A stretch of 64,000 bases of DNA from an uncultured Acidobacteriota bacterium (GTDB lineage: Bacteria > Acidobacteriota > Thermoanaerobaculia > UBA5066 > Gp7-AA6): positions 2,138,397 to 2,202,396 of the forward strand of contig CAWINF010000001.1 of assembly GCA_963837495.1 (NCBI GenBank). Reading direction: 5' to 3'. Below, one piece after another: positions 38,865-47,893 of the stretch. A program made the position numbers and the translations under genes. The notes under the pieces are model-generated. The model was not told where the DNA came from, did not search any database, and saw only the letters and a list, made by a program, of their open reading frames with translations. Position 1 is the first letter of the stretch; the number at the start of each line of letters is the position of its first letter.

Positions 38865-40385
38865 ATGAACAATAGAAACCTGGCGGCCGGGCCGCGGGAC
38901 CGGCAACGTCTTCGCCGCGCGGCCGGGTTCGTCTTCCTGGCGGCGCTTCTCGCTCGTCCGCTCTCTGCGCGGCCCCAGGGCTTGTCTGAATTCAGACTTG
39001 CCGGAGTAACACTCCTCGAGGCACGAGACGAACGGAACCCGCCCGCCGAAGAGGCGCCTTCGGACTTCCAGTCCGAGCTCCAGCCGGCCCCGTCCGTCGA
39101 AAAGGTGCGAACAGGGGGAACGAAGCGGTTCCTCGCGGCGGCCGGAGAGGTGACCCTTCTGGAAGTCGGGCCATGGGCCTATGACCGTTACGTCAGCAAG
39201 TACGAGTTCTCGTTCATTTCATGGGAAACCATCAAGAACAACTTCAAGGAAGGCTTTCACTACGACCGGGACAACTTTCCCGTGAACCAATCCTCCCATC
39301 CGTATCACGGGAGTCTCTTCTTCGATGCCGCCCGGTCCAACGGCTACACCTTCTGGGCGTCGAGTCTCTTCACGCTGGCGGGCAGTCTCGTGTGGGAATG
39401 CTGCATGGAGAACACCGCTCCCTCGGTCAACGACCTCGTCAACACGACTCTCGGCGGAATGACGCGCGGCGAGGTCTCGCACCGGCTCTCGGCGATGATC
39501 CTCGACAACACGTCGAGCGGGCGTCCGCGCTTCCTTCGCGAGGTCGGCGCCGCGATCCTCAATCCCGTCGGCTCGCTGAACCGACTTCTCCGGGGCGAAC
39601 TGGGCCGGGACTTCCCCAATCCCGAGGACCGTTTCCCGAGCGTGGTCGTCCTCTCAGCGGATTTCGGCTACAGACATATCGGCGGGGGAGCCGCGCATCC
39701 GGACCAGGGCACGCTTTCGCTCTCCCTGCTCTACGGCGATCCGTTCGAGGGGGACCTGAAGCGCCCCTTTGACTCCTTCTGGGTCGGCATCGACTTGAAT
39801 TCGCCGGGCGGCGTACTCACGTCACGCATCGAGGAGCGCGGGATCCTGAAGGGATGGGAGCTGACCGACAGGTCCGCGCGGGTGCGACACATCTTCGGCT
39901 TCTCGCAGGAGTACGAATACCTCAACAACGAGTCGCAGGTCTTCGGAGCGCAGATCTTCAGCGCCGGCGTGCTGTCGAAGTACGACATCGGCTCGGGCCT
40001 GACGGGCCTGACGGACGCCACGGTGTTCGTTTTCCCGCTCGCCGGGATCCGGACGACGGACTTCGCCAACCCGGAAACGGGCCGAAACTACGACTACGCG
40101 CCGGGAGGCGGAACGCGCCTGGCGGGACGCGTCTACTACAAGGGCCGCGAGATCGCCGGCGCGGGCTACGGCGTCGCCTGGGGCCGGACGGCCAACGGAG
40201 TCTCGCAGAACAACACGCTCCAGTTCTTCCGCGCCGTCGCCCGTATCCCTCTCATCGGGCCACTGGGGGCGGGCGTGGGCTATTCCTGGTACAGCCGCAA
40301 GACGACCTACACCCGCTTCTTCGAGGCCCGCAAGACTCAGTCGGAGCTGCGCGCGTTTCTCAACGTGGCCTTCGCGTTCCGGTAA
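38865..40385 (+). CDS. DUF3943-type outer-membrane protein
   Basis: D.DNFPVNQSSHPYHG..ARSNG..GSLVWE..E..PSVND motif; beta-barrel-like C-terminus. Confidence 0.85.
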   Translation: MNNRNLAAGPRDRQRLRRAAGFVFLAALLARPLSARPQGLSEFRLAGVTLLEARDERNPPAEEAPSDFQSELQPAPSVEKVRTGGTKRFLAAAGEVTLLEVGPWAYDRYVSKYEFSFISWETIKNNFKEGFHYDRDNFPVNQSSHPYHGSLFFDAARSNGYTFWASSLFTLAGSLVWECCMENTAPSVNDLVNTTLGGMTRGEVSHRLSAMILDNTSSGRPRFLREVGAAILNPVGSLNRLLRGELGRDFPNPEDRFPSVVVLSADFGYRHIGGGAAHPDQGTLSLSLLYGDPFEGDLKRPFDSFWVGIDLNSPGGVLTSRIEERGILKGWELTDRSARVRHIFGFSQEYEYLNNESQVFGAQIFSAGVLSKYDIGSGLTGLTDATVFVFPLAGIRTTDFANPETGRNYDYAPGGGTRLAGRVYYKGREIAGAGYGVAWGRTANGVSQNNTLQFFRAVARIPLIGPLGAGVGYSWYSRKTTYTRFFEARKTQSELRAFLNVAFAFR

Positions 40386-40407
40386 CTGACGAGAACCGAG
40401 CTGTTCT

Positions 40408-40956
40408 TTACCGGAGCCATTCGAGGTCGCTTCGCGTCCGGACGAGCGTGACGGCCTTCGAGGCGGTCTCGACGAAAATGGCCAGCTCTCCCCACCGCTC
40501 GTGCTGTCCCGACCAGTCGGAGAAACCGAGGCGAGACAGCGAGGCTCCGCGACAGACGATTCCCTCGCGCCGCCTGCGAAACCACTCTTCGGCGCGGGGC
40601 TGCGTCTGTTCGTGCGTCACTCCCTGCGGATAGCCCGGCGCGAACCCCGCGGCCTCGACTCCTCCCGGGGTGGCGACATCCACGACCCGGCCCGACCACT
40701 CCAGCTCCGAGAGCTGCGGCCGCGCCGCCGGCTGCAGTTCCTCCACCTCCACGGCCGCGAGCCTCAGACGGTCGCGCGCCACGGCTCTTGCCGAGAATTC
40801 GCTGCAGCAGCTGTACAGGGTGGCGAAGCTCCTGGTGTTCCAGCGGCCCGGACGGAACCGGCTGTGCGACGCGTCGAGAGGATTCGCGTGCCCGGCCCGC
40901 AACACGCGAAAGAGCGGGACGTGCTCGTGCGCGACGAGCTTCTCGCGCGCCTTCAT
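40408..40956 (-). CDS. RES-domain protein (putative toxin, divergent active site)
   Basis: LFRV..GRWN..TLY..GIVCRGAS..ELAIF; ATGA overlap with the Xre gene. Confidence 0.75.
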   Translation of the reverse strand: MKAREKLVAHEHVPLFRVLRAGHANPLDASHSRFRPGRWNTRSFATLYSCCSEFSARAVARDRLRLAAVEVEELQPAARPQLSELEWSGRVVDVATPGGVEAAGFAPGYPQGVTHEQTQPRAEEWFRRRREGIVCRGASLSRLGFSDWSGQHERWGELAIFVETASKAVTLVRTRSDLEWLR

Positions 40957-41729
40957 CCCTGATAGGCGAAGGCGGTTTCGTAGCGGTCGGCGACCTCCGC
41001 GAAGCGGCCCGAGCGGATCCACTCCAGGGCAGATGCCCCGCCGAAGAGCTCCGCCGGCCTCCGGACCACGGAAGGCAGAACCTCGGGGCGGATGATCCGG
41101 AGCATGCGCCGGAGCGCGTTGCCCGCCACGTCGATGACAGCGAGCTTCTGTTTCGGCACGCTGCTCGCGCCTTTTGCCCAGCGCCGCACCGTCTCTCCGG
41201 AGACGTCGAGCGTCCGGCCGAGCTCGTCGTAGCTCAAGTCGAAGCCCTGGAGCAGCTCCTGGATGGTCTGCTGAGCGCGGGGCTCGACCATGTGCTCTCG
41301 CAGGACCTCGGCGAACGCCAGGTTATAGGTCGAGAGGTAGTCGCGGAACAGCTCTTCCGAGATGCCCGTCAGAGCCTGATCGCTCCCGCGCAGGATGTTC
41401 GGCGGTTCCTGGACGCCCTCTTTTCCCAGCAGATGGGCCGCCTCCGTCCACGTGGCCAGCACGCATTCGGAGGCGCGGTCCACGGAGGAACGGGCGTAAG
41501 TCAGGAACGCCGGGAAGCCGCGCTGCAAGGCCGTCTCCCGGACGATCACGTCGAGCTTCTTGCCCAGGCGGGCCTGGCGATTGAGCCGGACGAGGCAACG
41601 ATCCAGGATCTTCAGGAAGACGATCGTCGCCTCGATGCTCGGCGCGGCCTCCCGCAACGGTTCTTCGGGAGCGTTGCCCAGCTCCTGGGCCACGATCTTC
41701 TGGGCCTTGTCCCTGGTGATGGCGGTCAT
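40953..41729 (-). CDS. Xre/MbcA/ParS-like antitoxin with an extra ~150-aa N-terminal helical domain
   Basis: HTH (LSYDELGRTLDVSGETVRRW) and C-terminal RPAELFGGASALEWI. Confidence 0.75.
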   Translation of the reverse strand: MTAITRDKAQKIVAQELGNAPEEPLREAAPSIEATIVFLKILDRCLVRLNRQARLGKKLDVIVRETALQRGFPAFLTYARSSVDRASECVLATWTEAAHLLGKEGVQEPPNILRGSDQALTGISEELFRDYLSTYNLAFAEVLREHMVEPRAQQTIQELLQGFDLSYDELGRTLDVSGETVRRWAKGASSVPKQKLAVIDVAGNALRRMLRIIRPEVLPSVVRRPAELFGGASALEWIRSGRFAEVADRYETAFAYQG

Positions 41730-41750
41730 TTCGAGTCCCTCTGGAGCTCA

Positions 41751-41779
41751 TTTGTGCCACATCCGTGCCACAAAGTCAA
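41751..41779 (-). promoter_or_regulatory. Operator and promoter of the Xre-RES pair
   Basis: Tandem GTGCCACA boxes at an 11-bp period next to a TTGACT -35 on the minus strand. Confidence 0.6.
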
Positions 41780-41888
41780 TAATTCGACCCGATGCAGGGA
41801 TTTGTTTTCAACATAAACTACTTATGCTTAACGACTTGCTCTATTGCCGAAGCGCGCCGGGTCCCTCCGCCCGGGGCAGAACAGGCCC

Positions 41889-43427
41889 TTACTCGGCGGC
41901 GGCCACGAACGCGCTGGGGAAGCGGGCCATCAGCGCGACGGCGGCGACCATCTCGCGCATGTCCACGCACTCCCCGACCGTATGCGCGTTCTGCTCGATG
42001 CCCGGACCGATGCCGATCATGGCCGGATGCTTGACGGCGCCCGAGACGACCCAGGACTTGCGATCGGGCACCGGGATCGACGCGTCGTCCTTCCGGACCG
42101 GGAACCCGACTCCGTCGGTCGAGAAGATCCAGCGGTCCACGCGCGGATCCTTGCGCAGCGCGCCACGCTGTCCGCCGGCGGCGACGTGCGGCGTGACGAC
42201 GCCGCGATAAGCCGAGACGGCGGCGCGCACGGCCGGGTGGTCTTCGGGGGTCACCCAGCCCATGTAGATCTGCGGGTTGCCGAGGACGAATCCGTTCCAC
42301 GTGGGCTGATCGTAGGTCGGGACCGTGACATCGACTTTCAAGCCCGCGGCGCGCGCGGCGGCGACGGCCGGGAGGTTCGCCACGTCGGCGACGGCCTGCT
42401 CCGGCGTCTCGCCGATCGTCAGGCGCCGGTCGAATCGGAAGACGAAGCGCTCCGGCACCGCGCAGTCGCTGGGCGTGTCCAGGCGCGCCCAGGAGGCGGT
42501 GCGCGTGCCGTGGGAGAGGAAGGGATGGTCGAGGAACCCGTCGCGGGCCTCGTACCTCTTCGCCGCTTCGACGACGATGGGCGCCCCGAACTCCAGCGGG
42601 TTTCTCCCTTCCCAGGGCATCGAGCCGTGGCAGGACTTGCCGGTGACCGTGACCTCGATCTGCATCCGGCCGCGCTGCCCCCGATAGATGCCGAGCGCCC
42701 CCTTGGCCGAGTCGCCGGTCCCCTCCGTGAGGATCACGGCGTCGGGGATCAACTCCGGAGGAGCTCCCGGCAGGACTTTGCGCATCACGTACATCGGCGC
42801 TCCGCCGTCGTTGTCCTCCTCCGCGACCGTGGCGTAGGAGCGCACGATCGCGCCCGCGAGCGCGCCGTGCGGAGCAAGCTCCAGGAGGATCTTCGACGCC
42901 ACGATCTGGGAGACCACGCCCGAGAGCTGATCCGTCGAGCCGCGCCCGAAGACGAGGTTGTCCCATTCTCCCTCGGGCGGCATGTATCCCAGCTCGCGCT
43001 TGACGAACTCGCGGTCGAGCTTCTTCGCGTCGAAGAGCCCGTCGTAGGAATCGATGCCGCCGGTCTTCTCCCGCCACGCGCTGCGCAGCGCGTTGACCGT
43101 GTCGGTGTGCCCGTCCCAGTAGATGACGCGCTTCCGGCTCGCGGGAATGCCGTCCGTCTCGTCCTGGACGGTCCAGACGAGGTTTCCGAACCCGTCGTAG
43201 CCGACATCCTCCGGCCGCCGCACGCCGCCGATCTCGATCAAGGCCCGCTTCATGTACTCCAGCCGCGGCTTCTCATGGTTGGACAGCCCGCAGCTCGGAT
43301 CCCCTCCATCATCCGGCGGCCTATCCACGTAGTCCGCCGGGATCCGGATAACCTCCTTGAGGATCCTTTCCGCCACCGGCCTGTAGCGCGCCGCAAGCTC
43401 CGCGACCCGCCCATCGAGATCGTTCAT
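41889..43427 (-). CDS. ygeY: M20 family hydrolase, YgeY-like
   Basis: DGHTDTV, GRGSTD, AEED.DG, YRGQRGRM and FSTDGV motifs; follows ygeW. Confidence 0.8.
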   Translation of the reverse strand: MNDLDGRVAELAARYRPVAERILKEVIRIPADYVDRPPDDGGDPSCGLSNHEKPRLEYMKRALIEIGGVRRPEDVGYDGFGNLVWTVQDETDGIPASRKRVIYWDGHTDTVNALRSAWREKTGGIDSYDGLFDAKKLDREFVKRELGYMPPEGEWDNLVFGRGSTDQLSGVVSQIVASKILLELAPHGALAGAIVRSYATVAEEDNDGGAPMYVMRKVLPGAPPELIPDAVILTEGTGDSAKGALGIYRGQRGRMQIEVTVTGKSCHGSMPWEGRNPLEFGAPIVVEAAKRYEARDGFLDHPFLSHGTRTASWARLDTPSDCAVPERFVFRFDRRLTIGETPEQAVADVANLPAVAAARAAGLKVDVTVPTYDQPTWNGFVLGNPQIYMGWVTPEDHPAVRAAVSAYRGVVTPHVAAGGQRGALRKDPRVDRWIFSTDGVGFPVRKDDASIPVPDRKSWVVSGAVKHPAMIGIGPGIEQNAHTVGECVDMREMVAAVALMARFPSAFVAAAE

Positions 43428-43444
43428 CGCCGCCTCCTCTGTGT

Positions 43445-43533
43445 TGTCATCCCTGAGGAGCGAAGCGACGAAGGATCCGCTCGGACGATCCGATGAGGAC
43501 GAAAGCAGATCCTTCGCTTCGCTCAGGATGACA
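43445..43533. repeat. Inverted REP-like doublet TGTCATCC...GGATGACA inside the operon
   Basis: TGTCATCCCTGAGGAGCGAAGCGACGAAGGATCC ... AGATCCTTCGCTTCGCTCAGGATGACA. Confidence 0.85.
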
Positions 43534-43543
43534 GGGGCGAATC

Positions 43544-44665
43544 CTAAACCTTATCGAGAGATGCCATTTGTGCGGAGAGGTCTTTGACCTTGGCGGTCGC
43601 CAGGGCCGCCATGATCACGTAGACCTTCCAGTTCGCTTCACGCGCCACGTTTACGGTGTGGCGGGCCATGACGCCGGGGGAGACCTCGGCCCCGATGTCG
43701 GCCGGGAGGCAATGCATGTAGAGCGCGTCGCCTCCGCGCGTCAATCTCATGCGCCGCTCGTCGCAGATCCAATCCCGGTGGCGGGCGTTCTGCAAGAGCG
43801 CCTCCTTCTCGATCTCGGCCATGAGCTTCGAATCGCGCGCCCGGTTCGCCTCGACCCGCGAGAGCATCAATCCGTAGGGTCCCCAGCTCTTGGGATACAC
43901 GGCGTCCGCGCCTTCGAAGGCCTCGTCCATGGAGCCCACGATCTTGAACGAGCCGCCGGACTGCGCGGCGTGAGCGGCGGCCGAGTCGAGACACTTCTGC
44001 ATGAGCGGGTAGCCCTCGGGATGCGCGAGCGTCACGTTCGCCCCGAAGCGCGTCAGGAGCATGAGGAGCCCCTGCGGCACCGAGAGAGGCTTGGCGTAAC
44101 TCGGCGAGTACGCCCAGGACACGGCGATCTTCCTAGCCGCCAGTCCTTCCGGGAACCTCTCCCGCAGCCAGCACAGATCCGCCAGCGTTTGTGTGGGGTG
44201 GTCCACGTCACACTGGAGGTTGACGACCGGCACCTTCCGCGGGTCTTTCGTTGCCTCGAGATAGTCGTCGATGCCGCGCTTGATATCGCGCATGAAGGCG
44301 TTCCCCTCTCCGAGAATCAGGTCGTGCCGGACGCCCAGCGCATGCGCGTTCATGCCGAGCATCGCGCCCGTCTCCGCCGCAGTCTCCCCGTGCGAGACCT
44401 GCGTCGAAGATCCGTCCACGATGACCGGCTGCATGCCCAGCCGCGCCGCCGCCCCCGCCCACGCCGACTTGGTCCTCGTCGAATTGTCGAAGAACAGCGC
44501 GTACGCCAGCTCGTCCGATAAGAGTGCCGCCTTCTTACCGGCGCGATCGAGCGCCGCGAGTCGCTCGGCAACCGACACGAGCGCGTCCAACTCGTCGGCC
44601 GCATAGTCGTCAGTCAGGAGAAGGCTCTTGCCATAGAGGCGATGGAGGGCCTCCGCTGTGTTCAT
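43544..44665 (-). CDS. ygeW: Knotted carbamoyltransferase YgeW
   Basis: NSTRT, NLQCDVDHPTQ, WAYSPSYAKPLSVPQG and YMHCLPADI motifs; ATGA overlap. Confidence 0.92.
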   Translation of the reverse strand: MNTAEALHRLYGKSLLLTDDYAADELDALVSVAERLAALDRAGKKAALLSDELAYALFFDNSTRTKSAWAGAAARLGMQPVIVDGSSTQVSHGETAAETGAMLGMNAHALGVRHDLILGEGNAFMRDIKRGIDDYLEATKDPRKVPVVNLQCDVDHPTQTLADLCWLRERFPEGLAARKIAVSWAYSPSYAKPLSVPQGLLMLLTRFGANVTLAHPEGYPLMQKCLDSAAAHAAQSGGSFKIVGSMDEAFEGADAVYPKSWGPYGLMLSRVEANRARDSKLMAEIEKEALLQNARHRDWICDERRMRLTRGGDALYMHCLPADIGAEVSPGVMARHTVNVAREANWKVYVIMAALATAKVKDLSAQMASLDKV

Positions 44666-46668
44666 CTCGTTTCTCCTTGAGACCCGGTGGCGTCCGCGGA
44701 CATTGCGGAGACCCAGGATATGGCGCCGGGGGCGAAGAGGCCGGCCACGAGGGCGCGCAGGGCGTGGTAATGGCCGACGGGGACGATGTGGCCTTCGGGG
44801 GCGGGGATGGCGAAGATTCGGGCTTCGGAGGGCTCCGAAGACTCCGGGGAGTCGAAGCGGAGTTCGGCGGCGCCGTCCCAGAAATCGGCGGAGCCGTCGG
44901 GGAAGACGAGAAGCTCGACTTCGCGGCCGCCCCAGCGGCCTCGGGCCGCGATCGAGCCGGCCGCGTCGCGGCGGATGAAGAAGCCGGGGCGGGGGGCGTC
45001 GGCGAGGTAGGCGCCGAGCGACTCGAAGAGGCGGGGCTTCTCGATGTAGGGGCCGCCGTCCTCGGGGCAGAAGACGTCGCAGTTGCCGCAGTCGTTGCAG
45101 GCGTCGGCCCAGTTGGCGATCTGATGTGCGGAATTCTTCGGGCCGCCGATCGAGAGGATCTGCTCCTCGCCAGGCGCCAGGCGACCCTCCTTCACGACGA
45201 GGTCCCGGTAGGCGATCTTGCGCGGGGGAGTCTCGTAGACGAAGTTCGCGTCGTTGGGGCAGACAGGGACGCACTTGTCGCAGTTGATGCAGTCGAAGAG
45301 GTGCAGGTGCGAGCCGATCTTGCGGGGCGGCTGCTCCGTCTTCGCGGCGGCGTAGCGCCCGGCATCCGTGAACTGCGCGACCGCGCGGCGATGGTTGGCA
45401 AGGGACGCAGCCGGGAGGCTGTTATCCCGCGCACCGGACAGGGCAACGAGGAATTCCGGAACCGTCGCCGCTCCCGACTCGCGCATCGCGCGGGCGAGGG
45501 CCTCCGCCTGCCAGTGGAGGCGCTGGTAGCCGCCGGGGCGCAGGAGATCCGTGCAGCTCGTCACCGGAACGAAACCGCAGGCGACGGCCGAGGCCACGTT
45601 GGCGGCATCGATCCCGGCCGAGAAGGAGATCGGCAAGGACTCTCCGACCGCTTCGCGCAGGCGAAGACCGAGGGTCATGGCCAGGACGTGCAGCGGCTCG
45701 CCGGAGAGGTATTGCTCCGTTCCCGGAAGCGGGTCGCCGGAGTTCTCGACGACCAGCGTATTGGTGAGCTTCACTCCGAAGTCGAGGCCACGGCGATTCG
45801 CCGTCGCGGAAAGCTCGCGGAGGAACGCGATCGCGTCCTCCCACTGCACTTCCTTCTCGAAAGGTCGCCGCGTCAATCCGATGTGCGTGTAGCCGAGCCG
45901 GCCATGGAGGATCTCCCGGACCTCCTCGAAGCCGAGGAGCATGGGGTTCAGCTTCACGATCGTGTGCAGGCCCTGCTCCTCCAGCAAGTGCCGGCAGATG
46001 GCGTCGATCTCCCCGGCCGGGCAGCCGTGGAAGGTGGAGAGCGTGGCCGAGTCGGAAAGACGCGCCGGGCAGGGGATGTCGGCGAGCCGCTTCCAGTCGG
46101 GCGGAAGATCGGCGCGAAGCTTCGCGCGCTCGGCGTCCAGGATCGCCGACGCGTCGCGCGCTCCCGCGAAGAAACCCGTCATCTTTCGCGAGCGGATTCC
46201 TTCCAGGTCGTAACCGACGGAAATGTCGAAGACGACGTCGCGCTCGGCTTGCGGTATGCCGCAGAGCTCGTCCAGGATGGCGACGAGGAGCCGCGCCTTT
46301 GCGTACTCGCGCAGCGAGTCGGAGACCGCGAGCTCCTGCGACCACTCGATGTTGTAGCCGACGGTGCGCATGTCGATGCAGGGGCGGGCGATGACGAGGC
46401 GGTCGTTGACCTGGACGGTCTTCAGTTCCAGGATCCGCCCTCCCGACAGATACGAGAGCGCGATGTTCTGGGCGAGCTGCGTGTGGGGACCGGAGGCCGG
46501 GCCGACCGGCGTCGCCGTTCGGTGCCCGTGGAACGAGACGGAGAGATCGGCGCCGGGAAAGCCCTTGTAGATCCGCCGCGCCGGAAGATCGAAGACGGCG
46601 CCCCCGGGGAGCTCCTCCGCGGCGCGGCGGACGAGGACCGAGAGCGGAAGCGGGCGCAGGACGCTCAC
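44662..46668 (-). CDS. ygfK: YgfK-like oxidoreductase (FMN barrel plus 2x4Fe-4S) without the central GltD-like module
   Basis: GPASGPHTQLAQNI, ELKTVQ, PCID..NIEWSQEL, TLSTFHGCP, GVKLTNT, CINCDKC, CNDCGNCDVFCP; only 668 aa. Confidence 0.82.
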   Translation of the reverse strand: MSVLRPLPLSVLVRRAAEELPGGAVFDLPARRIYKGFPGADLSVSFHGHRTATPVGPASGPHTQLAQNIALSYLSGGRILELKTVQVNDRLVIARPCIDMRTVGYNIEWSQELAVSDSLREYAKARLLVAILDELCGIPQAERDVVFDISVGYDLEGIRSRKMTGFFAGARDASAILDAERAKLRADLPPDWKRLADIPCPARLSDSATLSTFHGCPAGEIDAICRHLLEEQGLHTIVKLNPMLLGFEEVREILHGRLGYTHIGLTRRPFEKEVQWEDAIAFLRELSATANRRGLDFGVKLTNTLVVENSGDPLPGTEQYLSGEPLHVLAMTLGLRLREAVGESLPISFSAGIDAANVASAVACGFVPVTSCTDLLRPGGYQRLHWQAEALARAMRESGAATVPEFLVALSGARDNSLPAASLANHRRAVAQFTDAGRYAAAKTEQPPRKIGSHLHLFDCINCDKCVPVCPNDANFVYETPPRKIAYRDLVVKEGRLAPGEEQILSIGGPKNSAHQIANWADACNDCGNCDVFCPEDGGPYIEKPRLFESLGAYLADAPRPGFFIRRDAAGSIAARGRWGGREVELLVFPDGSADFWDGAAELRFDSPESSEPSEARIFAIPAPEGHIVPVGHYHALRALVAGLFAPGAISWVSAMSADATGSQGETR

Positions 46669-47858
46669 GCCATCCGCCTCCAGAGCCGCGCCGCCTCCTC
46701 GCGCGCGCGCTCGTGCAACTCCTCCTCGTCCACGCGCGTGGATCGGCGCCCCTCGACGATCAGCTCGCCTCCGGCGACGACGTCGCGAACATGCCGCGCT
46801 CCGAGGCCGAAGAGGAAGTGCCCGGCGACCGTGCCCGCGAGAAGGGGAGTCGGCGGGTCGTAATCGAGGACGATCCAGTCATCAGGCCGCGGGCCGAGGG
46901 CCTCGTCCGCGAGGCGACTGCTGCCGCCGACGAGCCGGACGGCGTCGATACCGTGCGCCGGCCCGTAGGCGTCGCGGCCGCGAAGATGGGCGGCGCGCGC
47001 CTCGGCGAAGAGGTCGCCGTCCATGCCGTCGGTGCCGAGCGCGACCCGCGGGCCGAACGTCGCGACGTTGGCGTAGCCCACGGCGTTCTGCAGGTTGCTG
47101 CGCGGGTTGTGGACGATCCAGGCTCCGGCCTCGTCGGCGCGCTCCCGTTCGGCGGCCGTCAGGTGGACCCCGTGCGCGAGAATCGCCTTCGGCCCGACGG
47201 CGCCGGCGAGCTCCAGGCGCTCGAAGGAGCCGGCGTCGCAACCGTCCTCGGCGACGTGGACGTGGAGCCAGGCGCCATGCCGCCGCGCGAGATCCGCCGC
47301 GGCATCGATCGTCTCGTCGGAAGCCGTGAAGCCCGCGTGCAGGCCGACCATCGCGGGCAGTCCGTCCGCGATCGCCCGCTCGCATTCCGCGAGGCCCGCC
47401 CTGGCGGCCTCCCGGCCGTGGCGGTCGCTCGCTCCGTAGCAGAGCGCGGCCCTGACCCCGACCGCGCGCGCGGCCTCCGCCAGGATGTCCAGCGAGCCTC
47501 CGATGAAGAGGGGGGACTCGTGGTGATCGAGAAGAGCCGTGGCGCCGGAGAGCGCGGCCTCCAGGAGAGCAACCTCCGCGGATGCCTTGAGCGAGCGGGC
47601 GTCGAGCGCGACGTCGAGCCGCCACCAGATCCGCTCCAGGATCTCCCGGAAGGACCGCGTCGGCGCGGGTGGGCCCGGCATTCCGCGCGCGAGGCCCGAG
47701 TAGAGATGCGTATGAGCGATCGCAAGGCCGGGCATCACGAGGCAGCCCGAGGCGTCCAGAGAACGGCGCGGCTCCGCGCCGGCGAAGATGTCACGGCGCT
47801 CGACCGAAGGCGGATCGAGCATCACGACGGTGCCGCCCGTGATGGCGATGCCGCCCAG
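46665..47858 (-). CDS. ssnA: Aminohydrolase SsnA-like; probable CTG start
   Basis: AHTHLYSGLARG, WWRLD, DHHESP, HVHVAED, HNPRSN, LGTDG; the frame extends to CTG 47858 after GGAGG. Confidence 0.85.
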   Translation of the reverse strand: MGGIAITGGTVVMLDPPSVERRDIFAGAEPRRSLDASGCLVMPGLAIAHTHLYSGLARGMPGPPAPTRSFREILERIWWRLDVALDARSLKASAEVALLEAALSGATALLDHHESPLFIGGSLDILAEAARAVGVRAALCYGASDRHGREAARAGLAECERAIADGLPAMVGLHAGFTASDETIDAAADLARRHGAWLHVHVAEDGCDAGSFERLELAGAVGPKAILAHGVHLTAAERERADEAGAWIVHNPRSNLQNAVGYANVATFGPRVALGTDGMDGDLFAEARAAHLRGRDAYGPAHGIDAVRLVGGSSRLADEALGPRPDDWIVLDYDPPTPLLAGTVAGHFLFGLGARHVRDVVAGGELIVEGRRSTRVDEEELHERAREEAARLWRRMA

Positions 47859-47893
47859 GGCTCAGACCCTCCGGACTCGACGGAAGCCGCGTC

